This document shows, one piece after another, positions 19,720-32,471 of a stretch of 64,000 nucleotides of DNA. The position numbers were made by a program, and so were the translations under genes. The DNA comes from an uncultured delta proteobacterium. Lineage in GTDB: Bacteria > Myxococcota > Myxococcia > Myxococcales > Anaeromyxobacteraceae. The DNA lies in assembly GCA_963845515.1 (NCBI GenBank), contig CAWJSR010000010.1:32001-96000 (forward strand), given 5' to 3'. The notes beneath the pieces were generated by a model that was not told the DNA's origin, searched no databases, and was given only the letters and a program-made list of their open reading frames with translations. The stretch's first letter is position 1. The number at the start of each line of letters is the position of its first letter.

Positions 19720-21003
19720 TTACGCCACCGGCAGCGGGGCGCGGAGGTCGATCCGGAGCTGCGCGTGTGCAGCGCGCAGCGCGCGCTCCACCTCCTCCGG
19801 GCGCTCGCCGCGCGCGAAGAGGAAGCCCAGGTAGCTGTCCCCTTCGGGGAGCGGCTGCAGCTCGCGTCCAGCAGGCGCGGTGATCACCACGTCCTCGACG
19901 CCCGGGACGGCGCGCGCCGCGTCGATCCCCGAGACCCCGTGCAGGATCCCGGCGCGCGGGATGGGGATCATCATGACCCCCGCTGCCCCGGCGTCGCGCC
20001 GGATCCGCTCCAGGGGGCTGCCGATCGCGTGGGCGACGAGCACCTCCTCGAGCGTCATCCCGGCGCCGAAGCGGAGGGTCCGGGAGCAGAGCCCCCCGAT
20101 CGAGCGCGCGGCCACCTCCAGGACGATGGGGCCGTCCGGCGAGAGGCGCAGCTCAGCGTGGATCGGTCCCTCCACCAGCCCCAGCGCGCGGCAGGCGCGG
20201 GCCGTGACGTCCGCGATCGCAGCCTGCGCCGCCGCCGGATGGCGCGACGGGGTCACGTAGATCGTCTCCTCGAAGTACGGCCCATCGAGCGGGTCGGGCT
20301 TGTCGAAGAGGGCGAGCAGCTTGAGCTCGCCGCCCCGCAGCAGCCCCTCCACCGCGACCTCCGCCCCTGGCACGAAGGACTCCAGCGAGGAGCTGGCGCC
20401 CGGCCGGCCCCTCCACGGGCCGCCGCTCACGGCGGGCACCGCGCAGGATGCGCTCGATTCTCCTCCAGGCCGAGACGAAGCCGGCGGGATCGTCGGCCCT
20501 GATCACTCCGCGGCTTCCCGAGAGGACGAGCGGCTTGAGGACGCACGGGTAGGCGGCGATTCGCGCCGCCGCCTCGGCGTCCTCGTCGAGCGTGTGGAGC
20601 CGGAACGTGGGCACGGGCACTCCGGCCGCGGCCGCGCCAGGCGGGAGGCGTGCTTGTCGGCCGTCCGACGGGCCGCCTCCGGTGGGTTGGCCGGGAGCCC
20701 GAGCCGCCCGGCCGCGAGCGCGGCGATCACGGCCGCTCCCGTCGCTCGCCGGGACTATGCCGGAGATCCTTCGACGGCCAGCCAGGCCGGCAATCTTCTC
20801 CGCGGCCGCCTCCGGGTCGCGATAGTCGAGCGCCACGTCGTCGGGGAGGTCGCCGAAGTTCTCCTCGACGCAGTGACACCGGTCAGGAGGCCAATCAGCA
20901 GCGGCACGCCGAGACGCGCAGCGGCAGCGCGAAAGTCGTCGAGCCGATAGCTCGCTGAGGGGACGAGCAGCAGCAGCTCGCCGGGAGGAGTGGTCGTGGT
21001 CAC
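19720..21003 (-). CDS. ATP-grasp domain ligase (several frameshifts)
   Basis: LLLLVPSASYRLDDF, YPCVLKPLVLSGSRGVIRAD, ESFVPGAEVAVEG, FEETIYVTPS, HAELRL, LEVAARSIGG, YLGFLFARG spread over 3-4 frames; start uncertain. Confidence 0.85.
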
Positions 21004-21043
21004 GGCCAGGTGCTCATACCGGCCACGCAGCCCCGCGCGCACC

Positions 21044-21076
21044 AAAAAAGAAACGGGCGGCCGAGGTGGCCGCCCG
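21044..21076 (-). terminator. Intrinsic terminator after tRNA-Ala
   Basis: CGGGCGGCC-loop-GGCCGCCCG hairpin followed by TTTCTTTTTT on the minus strand. Confidence 0.85.
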
Positions 21077-21085
21077 CTTCACTTG

Positions 21086-21158
<73 letters not shown>

Positions 21159-21374
21159 CTGCTGCGTATTCGATGTTTCCCCGGCTTCGAAGCCCAGAGG
21201 GACCGGGTACTTAGCGCGGCCACGGCAGGGGCGTCAAGCGTGAACCACTCCACCGTTCCGATTCGTCACCCTGTCGCCAGGAGGCTCCAGGCGGGGAGCC
21301 CGCACGAGCGATCTCGACGCACCAGCCTTCCCTCTTTTCGCCTTCTTTCGAGCGCTTGCGCCGGCCCAACGCGC

Positions 21375-21390
21375 TGGCATCGCGGTTGCT
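21375..21390 (+). promoter_or_regulatory. Sigma54 (-24/-12) promoter
   Basis: TGGCAT-CGCGG-TTGCT with exact GG-N10-GC spacing, about 24 nt upstream of ATG 21414 (GGAGG RBS). Confidence 0.75.
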
Positions 21391-21413
21391 TAGGTTCCCC
21401 GTGGAGGCACACC

Positions 21414-22315
21414 ATGCGCAAGTTCCTGTTCATCACGCTCGCAGCAGTCGTGGTCCCCGCGCTCGCGCTCGCTGACTGGAGCCCGCGTGGTCGGAGGGCG
21501 GCCGAGGGGCGCGCCCGTCGGCCGGCTTCGTCGCGCGGGACGCGCCCCAGTCCGCGCCTCCCGCCTCCAGGCCTGCTCACGCCCGCGCCGGGCGCGGGCA
21601 AGTCCGTGCCGCCCCTCGTCTCGCATCGGCTACGGCTCTTCGGCGTTCGTGCTGGGCGTGGACGCGTCCCGTTCTGGATGGGCTGGGCTGGGGCTGGGGC
21701 TACTACCCGCTCTGGCCTCGCCCGTACTACCCGGGCGAGGAGCCGGCTACCGCCCGGACGACGCCGACCGGATCTCCGCCCGGCTCGAGGCCTATGGCGC
21801 CGGCGCCGTCCAACGCAGCGGCAGGGACTCTCGCGCTGTCGATGGAGGGGCCGATTGGTGGCTTCAGCGCCGACGTCACCGGCATGACGATCGCGGGCGC
21901 GCCCGGGCTCGACCGCCGGCGACTCGGCGCTCGGACCTCGGCGGCGCGCGCGCGAGCTGGACCGTGCTGAGCGATGCCGCCTTCCGCCTGCGGCTCGAGC
22001 TGGGCGGCTCGATGCTCTCGGTCCCGGACTCGGGCGCCCGTACGCGGGCGCCAGCTACGCCAACACCATGACCTTCGGCCCGCAGCTCGGCGTCTCCGGC
22101 AACGTCGGCCTGGTCGGACCGTTCGGGCTGGAGGGGTACGCGCGGGTCACCCCGCTACCCGTCCCCGTGCTGGACACGCGGGCGGCCTTCGTCGTCCGCG
22201 GCGGCTCGCTCGCCGTCTCCGCGGGCTGGCGCGTCATCGACGTGAACGGCGACGGGTCGACAGCCCCGAGGCGCACTTCGCCGGCCCGGAGCTCGGGCTC
22301 CAGCTGATGTTCTGA
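21414..22315 (+). CDS. Probable outer-membrane beta-barrel protein (multiple frameshifts)
   Basis: Signal peptide MRKFLFITLAAVVVPALALA; beta-strand-like segments in alternating frames; C-terminal GPELGLQLMF beta-signal. Confidence 0.6.
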
Positions 22316-22338
22316 GGTTCGACGAGGGGGAGGTGCCG

Positions 22339-22430
22339 CCTCCCTCCCACCGGGGAGAGGGAGGGGCGAGGGGGCGAGCCGTCGGGCCCGCCCCCGCCCT
22401 GCCCTTTCTCCCTCGGCGAGGGGAGGGGAA
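22339..22430. repeat. Pair of REP-like GC-rich palindromes
   Basis: CCTCCCTCCC-accg-GGGAGAGGGAGG and TTTCTCCCTC-ggc-GAGGGGAGGGGAA between convergent genes. Confidence 0.55.
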
Positions 22431-22444
22431 GCAGCGACCCCGCG

Positions 22445-22555
22445 CTACTTCTTCGAGGTGCTCTTCGTGGCGGCCGCCTTGCGCTTCTTCTGCGCCTTCC
22501 ACTGCTGGCGGCGACGGTTCTTCACACGGACGTGCTTGCTCTTCGAATTTGCCAT
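22445..22555 (-). CDS. 36-aa highly basic small protein (missed by ORF track)
   Basis: MANSKSKHVRVKNRRRQQWKAQKKRKAAATKSTSKK*; GGAGGAG RBS; typical codon usage; TG-G-TATAGA extended -10 near 22590. Confidence 0.8.
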   Translation of the reverse strand: MANSKSKHVRVKNRRRQQWKAQKKRKAAATKSTSKK

Positions 22556-22589
22556 CACTCCTCCAGGAGTTGCCCGTGACGGGGCGGTT

Positions 22590-24189
<1,600 letters not shown>

Positions 24190-24263
24190 GGCGTGGAAAT
24201 TACCCCGTCCTCGGGGCGGGGGAAAGGCGGACACTGACGCGGGGCGTGCCGCCCCGCCCGCCG

Positions 24264-25606
<1,343 letters not shown>

Positions 25607-25619
25607 CGGCGGCGGGACG

Positions 25620-26258
25620 CTAGCTCACGGGCCCATCGGGCGCAAGGCGCGCGGCGCGCTCGACCGCGTCGAACGGAACGGCCCCTTGCCTCAGCAGCGT
25701 GAGCCGCTCGCCGTCGACCCTGACCACCGTGCTCGGCTGACCGCCGGGCGTGGAGCCGGCGTCCAGGACTCCGTCGATCCGCGCGAGGAGCGCGGCGTCG
25801 AGCTCCGCGGGCGACGAGGGCGCCGGCCACCCGGACGGGTTGGCGCTGGTGGAGACGATGGGACCGCCGGCCGCGCGGCAGAGGGCCCGTGCGACCTCGC
25901 TCCCCGGCACGCGGATCCCCACCGTCCCAGTGCCGCCGGTGATCGGCGCCGGCAGGCCGGGCCGGGCGGGGAGCACGAGCGTGAGCGGCCCGGGCCAGAG
26001 CCGGCCGGCGAGCCGGCGCGCGATCGCGCCGGGCTCGGCCACCTGCTCGACCATCGCCGCGTCGGCGGCGATCAGTGGCAGCGGCTTCCCCTCCGGCCGC
26101 CCCTTCGCGCGCGCCAGTCGCTCGAGCGCCGCGGCGTCCCGGGCGAGCGCGCCCAGCCCGTAGAAGGTCTCCGTCGGGTAGGCGACCACTCCACCGCTCC
26201 GGAGGATCGCGGCGATCCGCTCGATCTCCCTGGCGACGATGGGGTCCAACGTGCGCAC
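25620..26258 (-). CDS. tsaC: Threonylcarbamoyl-AMP synthase (Sua5/YrdC/TsaC)
   Basis: VVAYPTETFYGL, KGR, WPGPLTLV, GIRVP, STSANPSG. Confidence 0.93.
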   Translation of the reverse strand: MRTLDPIVAREIERIAAILRSGGVVAYPTETFYGLGALARDAAALERLARAKGRPEGKPLPLIAADAAMVEQVAEPGAIARRLAGRLWPGPLTLVLPARPGLPAPITGGTGTVGIRVPGSEVARALCRAAGGPIVSTSANPSGWPAPSSPAELDAALLARIDGVLDAGSTPGGQPSTVVRVDGERLTLLRQGAVPFDAVERAARLAPDGPVS

Positions 26259-26259
26259 C

Positions 26260-27342
26260 TCAGCGGACGCGGCGGAGCGCGAGGAGCCCCGCCACGGAGA
26301 AGAGCAGGAACGGTGCCCACGCCGCCACGCCCGGCTGGACCCTCCCGGAGAGCCCCATCGCGAGCGCCACGCCCTGCGCCGACCAGAGCGCCAGGGAGAT
26401 GCCGACCGCCTCGAGCAGCGCCGCGGCGACGTGGCCCCTCCGGTTCGGGCGGAGCGCGAGCGCGAGCGCGAGGAGCGCGGCCGGCGCGCCCACGAGCACG
26501 GCCGCGCCGCGATTGTGGCGCTCCAGCTCGAAGTCGGCCACGCGCTGCCCCAGCTCCCGCCGAAGCCTGATCTGCTTCGTGAGGACTCCGTAGCGGAGCT
26601 GCGCCGGACGTCCCGGCACCAGGGCGAAGGCCTCGGGTGGCTCCGTGAACTCGTACCGTCGCTCCGCAGCCCGCTCCAGCCTGACGCTCCCGTCGGCGAG
26701 GAACGCGCGATCCTCGACGTCGGCGAGGATCCAGGCGCCGTCGGCCGGACGCATCGCCGCGGCGTCGATCCGGCGCGACAGCGCGAACGCCGGCGTCACC
26801 TCGAGGACGGTCACGCCCTCGAAGCCGCCGCCGGCGAGCGCGCCGCGGAGGTGGTAGATCCGGCGGCCGTCGGTGCTGCGAAACCAGCGCTTGGGCTGGC
26901 GTACCGCCTGCCAGCGTCGCGCCGAGCCACCCCGCTGGAAGCGGGTCGCCTGCAGCTCCTCGGCCCGCTCGGCCGCGCGGACGCCGACGACGTCGTTGAG
27001 GAGCGCTGCCGCGCCGCCGAAGAGGAGCGCCACGGCGAGGATGGGAGCCGCGAGGCGCGAGGGCCCCAGCCCGACCGAGCGCAGCGCCGTCCACTCGCGC
27101 GTCTGGCGCAGCCCGCTCACGGCGATGGCGGAGCCGAGCAGGAGCGCCGATGGCGCGGTCTGGTACGCGACCACCGCGGACTTGTTCGCGTAGAGCTCCA
27201 GGACCGCCCAGCCCCACCCAGGCCCGGTGAAGGCGCTCGCGTTGTCGACGAAGTCGACGGCCAGGTAGATGGCGACGACCCCGGCGAGCGCGGCGAGCGT
27301 GGCGAGGAACACCCGCCCGGCGACGTGGCGGAAGAGGATCAC
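26260..27342 (-). CDS. lptG: LPS export permease LptG (LptF/G family)
   Basis: Three N-terminal TMs, REWTALRSVGL, beta-rich periplasmic region, three C-terminal TMs, AAWAP; follows lptF. Confidence 0.85.
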   Translation of the reverse strand: MILFRHVAGRVFLATLAALAGVVAIYLAVDFVDNASAFTGPGWGWAVLELYANKSAVVAYQTAPSALLLGSAIAVSGLRQTREWTALRSVGLGPSRLAAPILAVALLFGGAAALLNDVVGVRAAERAEELQATRFQRGGSARRWQAVRQPKRWFRSTDGRRIYHLRGALAGGGFEGVTVLEVTPAFALSRRIDAAAMRPADGAWILADVEDRAFLADGSVRLERAAERRYEFTEPPEAFALVPGRPAQLRYGVLTKQIRLRRELGQRVADFELERHNRGAAVLVGAPAALLALALALRPNRRGHVAAALLEAVGISLALWSAQGVALAMGLSGRVQPGVAAWAPFLLFSVAGLLALRRVR

Positions 27343-28445
27343 CGGATCGCCCCGGTGCCGCGCCTCGCCAGCATCACCACGGCGGCGAGCCCCGCGAGGG
27401 AGAGGACGACCGTCGGGAGCTGGAGGGCCACCGCGGGCGGGAGCGCGCCGCGCTGTGCGAGCACCTCGCCACCGCGCAGCAACAAGTACTGGGCGAGCAC
27501 GGCCACCAGCGTCGCCCCGACGCCGAAGGCCCGACCGCCCCGCCTGACGGCGGCGAGCGGCACCGCCAGGAGCGCGAAGGGGATCATCGAGAGCGCCTGC
27601 GAGATCTTGCGGTGCAGGTAGCCGAGCCAGCGCCAGGCCTTCTCGCGGGTCGGGGCCTCCCGCGCGAACTGCAGGAGCTCGCGCGCGGTGAACTCGCGAG
27701 ACGCACCGCTCAGCCGGTTGCGGTCCCCGAGCGTCTGCTGGATGCCGACCTGGAGCGTCGCGCGATCGAAGGCGGCCAGGGCGTACTCCTCCGTGGCCGC
27801 CTCCTCCCGGTGGATCTCGCCCCGCTCGAGGACGAGCTGCATCGCCTTCCCGGCGGGGGCCGGCTCGAAGCGCCCGGTGCTCGCCAGCGCAAGGATGGCA
27901 GCGTCGGGATCCGACCGGTCGCTGATCAGGACGTTCCTCCAGCGGGAGCCGCTCACCCCCTCCGCGTAGAGCGTGTACCCCGGGATGTCGTCATAGAAGG
28001 TGCCGGCCTTCACGTCGCTCATGACGTTCTTCTTGATGATCTCGTTCAGGAGCAGCCGCGCCGAGCGCAGCGCGGAGGGCTCGACCTCCAGCGCCAGCCA
28101 GAGCGCCAGAGCCGAGACGGCGACGCCCAGCAGGAGCGGCACGCGGACCAGCCGGACCGGCGAGAGGCCGGCCCCGCCCATGGCGATGATCTCGCGGTCC
28201 TCGGCGAGCCGGCCGACACCGACGACCGCACCGAGCAGGAAGGCGACCGGGAGGATGAAGCCGAGGAAGTGCGGCGTCAGGAGGAAGACGACCCGCGCCA
28301 CGTCCCAGGCCGAGACGCCCGAGCCGAAGAGGATGTCGGCCTGCGCGAGGATCTGCGTCGCGAGCAGGATCTGGGTGAGGAAGACCAGCCCGGCGCCGAA
28401 CGGGAGCAGGATCTCCTTCGCCAGGTACCGGTCGAGCAGCGACAC
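27339..28445 (-). CDS. lptF: LPS export permease LptF
   Basis: LDRYLAKEIL, GRLAEDREIIAMGGAGLS, FALLAVPL. Confidence 0.88.
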   Translation of the reverse strand: MSLLDRYLAKEILLPFGAGLVFLTQILLATQILAQADILFGSGVSAWDVARVVFLLTPHFLGFILPVAFLLGAVVGVGRLAEDREIIAMGGAGLSPVRLVRVPLLLGVAVSALALWLALEVEPSALRSARLLLNEIIKKNVMSDVKAGTFYDDIPGYTLYAEGVSGSRWRNVLISDRSDPDAAILALASTGRFEPAPAGKAMQLVLERGEIHREEAATEEYALAAFDRATLQVGIQQTLGDRNRLSGASREFTARELLQFAREAPTREKAWRWLGYLHRKISQALSMIPFALLAVPLAAVRRGGRAFGVGATLVAVLAQYLLLRGGEVLAQRGALPPAVALQLPTVVLSLAGLAAVVMLARRGTGAIR

Positions 28446-28448
28446 GGA

Positions 28449-28968
28449 CTACTTCCCGCCTCCCGAGAGTCGCTGCTGGAGCGCGGCGTCCTTCGCCTCC
28501 ACCTCGCGCGCCAGCTTCTCGCGCTGGGCGCGCACCTGAGCCGCCACCGCCGGATCGGCGAGGGCGATGATCCGCGCCGCCAGCAGGCCCGCGTTGCGCG
28601 CGCCGGCCTTGCCGATGGCCAGCGTCCCGACCGGAACCCCTCCAGGCATCTGGACGGTCGCCAGGAGCGCGTCGAGCCCCTGCAGGTCGCTCGAGGCGAG
28701 CGGGACGCCGAGCACCGGCAGCTCTGTCTCGGCGGCGACGACGCCGGCGAGGTGGGCGGCGGAGCCGGCGCCGCAGATCACGACCTGGATCCCGCGCCCA
28801 GCCGCCTCGCGCGCCAGCGTTCCCGGTCCTCTCCGGCGTCCGGTGCGCAGAGGAGACGTGGATCTCGCAGGGGATCGACAGCTCGTCGAGCGCCTTCTTC
28901 GCCTCGCCCATCACCTCCCAGTCCGAGTCGGAGCCCATCAGGACGAGGACCTTCGGGTTCGCGCTCAT
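28449..28968 (-). CDS. purE: N5-CAIR mutase (frameshift near 28800-28820)
   Basis: [38 protein letters not shown]. Confidence 0.95.
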
Positions 28969-30224
28969 TTCTTTCCGATGTCCTTTCGGAGCTGCATCCC
29001 GCGGAAGCGGACCTGCTTCACGACCTCGTAAGCGCGGCGCGCCGCGTCGTCGAGCCCGTCGCCCAGCGCCACCACCGTGAGGACGCGACCGCCGGCCGTC
29101 ACGACGCTGCCGTCCGCCGCCGCCGCGGTGCCCGCCTGGAACACCATCGTCCCCTCGGGGAACGGCCCGTCGAGCCCCTCGATGGCGTCCCCGGTGGTGA
29201 CCTTCCCCGGGTACCCCTCGGCGGCCAGGACCACGCCGACCGCGGCGCGCCGGTCGAGCTCGATGGAGACGCCAGACAGGTCGCCCTTCGCCGCGGCGAG
29301 GAGCGCCGGGACGATGTCGCCGCGGAGCGCCATCAGGATGGGCTGCGTCTCCGGATCGCCGAGCCGGGCGTTGAACTCCAGGACCTTGGGGCCGGCCTTG
29401 GTGAGCATCACGCCGGCGTAGAGCGCACCGCGGAATGGTCGGCCGCGCCTGGCCATCTCCCTGACGGCCGGGAGGATGACCGTCCGCTCGATCTCGGCGA
29501 GCAGCGCCGCGTCGACCTTGGGCGTCGGGCAGAAGGCCCCCATGCCGCCGGTGTTCGGCCCGAGGTCGCCGTCGAAGATCCGCTTGTGATCCTGCGCGGG
29601 CGGCAGCATCAGGACCCGCTCTCCGTCCGTGATGGCGATGCAGCTCGCCTCCGGACCCTCGAGCAGCTCCTCCATGACGACCGTCGCGCCGGCGGCGCCG
29701 TGTACGCGGTCGACCAGGATCGCCTGGAGCGCCTCCTCCACCTCGCCGAGGGCGGTGCAGACGACCACCCCCTTGCCCGCGGCCAGGCCGTCGGCCTTCA
29801 CCACGGCGCGCCCTCCGCGGGCGCGCGCCCAGGCGAGCGCCGGCGCGACCTCGGAGAAGGTGCCGTAGTCTCCGGTCGGGATGCCGGCGGCGCGCATGAC
29901 GTCCTTGGCGAAGGCCTTCGAGCCCTCGATCTCGGCGGCGGCGGCCGTCGGACCGAAGGCCGGGATCCCGGCGTCCGCCAGCCTGTCGACGAGCCCCGCG
30001 ACGAGCGGCGCCTCGGGGCCGGCCACGACGAAGTCGATCGCGTTCTCGCGCGCCCAGCGCGCGAGCCCCGCGGCGTCGTCCACCTTGATCGGGACCAGGG
30101 TCGCGAGCCGCGCGATGCCGGGATTGCCGGGCGCCGCGAACAGCGCCGTCACCAGCGGGCTCTGGGAGATCTTCCACGCGAGGGCGTGCTCTCTGCCGCC
30201 CGCGCCAACGAGAAGGACGCGCAT
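28965..30224 (-). CDS. purD: Phosphoribosylamine-glycine ligase
   Basis: GAGGREHALAWK, EGSKAFAK, KADGLAAGKGV, QDHKR, GPNTGGMGA, EFNARLGDPETQ. Confidence 0.98.
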   Translation of the reverse strand: MRVLLVGAGGREHALAWKISQSPLVTALFAAPGNPGIARLATLVPIKVDDAAGLARWARENAIDFVVAGPEAPLVAGLVDRLADAGIPAFGPTAAAAEIEGSKAFAKDVMRAAGIPTGDYGTFSEVAPALAWARARGGRAVVKADGLAAGKGVVVCTALGEVEEALQAILVDRVHGAAGATVVMEELLEGPEASCIAITDGERVLMLPPAQDHKRIFDGDLGPNTGGMGAFCPTPKVDAALLAEIERTVILPAVREMARRGRPFRGALYAGVMLTKAGPKVLEFNARLGDPETQPILMALRGDIVPALLAAAKGDLSGVSIELDRRAAVGVVLAAEGYPGKVTTGDAIEGLDGPFPEGTMVFQAGTAAAADGSVVTAGGRVLTVVALGDGLDDAARRAYEVVKQVRFRGMQLRKDIGKK

Positions 30225-30249
30225 ATTGGAGGGGCGATCCATACCACAA

Positions 30250-32403
30250 TCACCGTGCGGCGGCCCTCGTCCTCCCGAGCTCGCGCAGCGTCCCGGCCGC
30301 CTCCACCGCGGAGGGGTCGTCGCCGACCATGGCCTCCAGCAGCGGGCGCGCATCCTGGGTCCGTCCTTCGAGGACGAGGAGCCTCGCAAGCGCCAGCCTC
30401 CCCGTGGCGAGGTCGGGGACGACGTCGAGCACCTCCCGCCAGGCGGCCTGCGCCTCGAGCCGCTTTCCCACCGCCTCCAGCGAGCGGGCCTTCACCGACG
30501 AGGCGGCGGGCAGCCCGGGACTCAGCTCCAGGGCCGCGCGCGCCCACGCCGCGGCGGCTCGGGAATCCCCCCGCTCCAGCTCCAGGTAGCCCATCAGCGC
30601 AGGGGGTGCGGCGAGCTGGGGGCCGAGAGAGAGGGCGCGCCGCGCGAGCTCGTCGGCCCTCGCGCCGCGGCCCATCAGCAGCTCCGCCGCCCCGGCCGCC
30701 GCGAGCGCCGCCGCGACGTCGTGCGACGGCCCCCGGGCGATGGCGACGAGCCGCCGCGACGCCTCGGGGAGCGGCGGGGCTCCGTCCCAGAAGTCGCCGA
30801 CCGTCCGCTGCACGCGCCCCTCGAACAGGTCCCGCTGGAAGACCCTGTCGGCGAGCGCCAGCGCGCGCCGGGTGAAGCCGAGCCGCGCGAGGGCTCCCGC
30901 CCCCGTCAGCGCGGCCGCTGGATCCCTCGGCGCAGCGGCCGCGGCGACCTCCCATGCGTCAGCGGCCTCCTCTGCCGTCGAAGAGAGCTCGACGCTGCGT
31001 GCGCGGACCGCCGCGGCGACGGCGGGCCCCCCACGATCGCCGATCACGCCCGCCGCCTCGCGGACCGACCGCGCGTCGCCGCGCCCGAAGGAGAGGAGCG
31101 CCGACTGGTACTGGGCAGGAGCGCTCGCGGGGACCCGCAGGAGCGCCGCGTCGATGGCCCGCTGCGCCGCGGCGCCATCGCCCGCGGCGCGCTCCACGGC
31201 GGCGAGCTGTGCGAGCACCCGGGCGGCGAGGAAGTCGTCGCAGTGCAGCGCCAGCGCCTCCTCGAGGAGCCGGCGAGCGTCCGGCAGCCGCCGATCCACC
31301 TGGGAGACGACGCGCGCCAGGAGGAACCGCGGGCGGGGCGAGTCGGGATGGGCGGCGGCGTACCGCTGCAGCACGCCCTTCGCCCGCTCGGACCGGCCGC
31401 CCGAGAGCATGATCTCCGCCTCCAGCTCCAGCGCCTCCGGGTGGCCGGGATCCAGCGCGAGGCGCCGCTCGGCGAGCGCGACCGCACGGTCTACGTCCCC
31501 GGCGGCCCAGCGCGCGCGCGCGGCGGCCGTCAGCAGGCGCCGGTCGACCTCCGGCCGATCGAGCTCCGCGTCGAGGACCCTGACCGCGCCAGGGGCGTCG
31601 TTGTCGATGCGAGAGAGACCGAGCGCCAGCCTGGCGTCGGGGTCCCGCGGCGCCAGCGCCCCTGCCTTCCATGCGACCGAGAGCGCCTCGGCCCGGTTCT
31701 TGTCTCCGGGCACGGCCAGCAGGATCCGGGCGTACGCCGCCACCAGCTCTGGCCGCTCCGGGTTCCGCTCGCGCGCCCACTGCAGCAGCGCATGCGCCGC
31801 GGTCAGATCCTCGCCGCGGATCGTCTCCACCGGCTGGCTGGCGAGCGCGATGACCCAGCCCGCGAGGGCGTCGAGCCGCGCCGGGTCGGCGACCAGGGCG
31901 TCCCGGTAGGCGCGGAGCGCCTCGGGGATCCGCTCCGGGAGGTCCGCGGCGAGCGCCGCTCGCCCGGCCGCCACCCGCTGATCGGCGACGGCCTTCGGGT
32001 TGAGCCCGGGCGCGACTCCGCTCGCGAGCCCCGCCTCCTTCCACGCGCGCGCCTGCTCGGCCAGCGGGCTGAGCACCGGCTCGACGGGTGGGGTCGAGCG
32101 CGAGGAGACCAGCCAGACGGCGACGCCTGCCGCCAGGAGCAGCGCGCCGAACACGACGATGGTGCTGGTGCGTCCCCGCCGCATCCTCCCGGGACGGACG
32201 GGCGTCGGACGGCGGGCCCGCGCGCCTGGTGGCGGCCGCTCGATCGCGGACGGCGCCGGGGTCATCGCAGCGGCATACGCCTGAGCCGGCGGCTGCTGAG
32301 CTGGGCGCTGAGGGGCGCAGTCGGGGCAGAGGGGGGCCTGCCCCGGACGGAGCGAGCCCCCCTCGAAGACCGCGAAGCACCGGCTGCACGTCACCTGGGC
32401 CAT
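30250..32403 (-). CDS. Zinc-finger / TM / TPR-repeat protein
   Basis: CSRC...CPDC N-terminus, one TM helix, many Ala/Leu-rich TPR-like repeats. Confidence 0.75.
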   Translation of the reverse strand: MAQVTCSRCFAVFEGGSLRPGQAPLCPDCAPQRPAQQPPAQAYAAAMTPAPSAIERPPPGARARRPTPVRPGRMRRGRTSTIVVFGALLLAAGVAVWLVSSRSTPPVEPVLSPLAEQARAWKEAGLASGVAPGLNPKAVADQRVAAGRAALAADLPERIPEALRAYRDALVADPARLDALAGWVIALASQPVETIRGEDLTAAHALLQWARERNPERPELVAAYARILLAVPGDKNRAEALSVAWKAGALAPRDPDARLALGLSRIDNDAPGAVRVLDAELDRPEVDRRLLTAAARARWAAGDVDRAVALAERRLALDPGHPEALELEAEIMLSGGRSERAKGVLQRYAAAHPDSPRPRFLLARVVSQVDRRLPDARRLLEEALALHCDDFLAARVLAQLAAVERAAGDGAAAQRAIDAALLRVPASAPAQYQSALLSFGRGDARSVREAAGVIGDRGGPAVAAAVRARSVELSSTAEEAADAWEVAAAAAPRDPAAALTGAGALARLGFTRRALALADRVFQRDLFEGRVQRTVGDFWDGAPPLPEASRRLVAIARGPSHDVAAALAAAGAAELLMGRGARADELARRALSLGPQLAAPPALMGYLELERGDSRAAAAWARAALELSPGLPAASSVKARSLEAVGKRLEAQAAWREVLDVVPDLATGRLALARLLVLEGRTQDARPLLEAMVGDDPSAVEAAGTLRELGRTRAAAR

Positions 32404-32471
32404 GGCTCGGACAGACTACCCGGACTGCGCCACGGCGTCACAGCCCAGGCGGCCGATGCGGTCGCGAAAGG

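Noticed and set aside
19700..19725. Integron cassette (attC) after the secreted protein gene
   Set aside because: No RYYYAAC...GTTRRRY site; the gene abuts the ATP-grasp stop codon.
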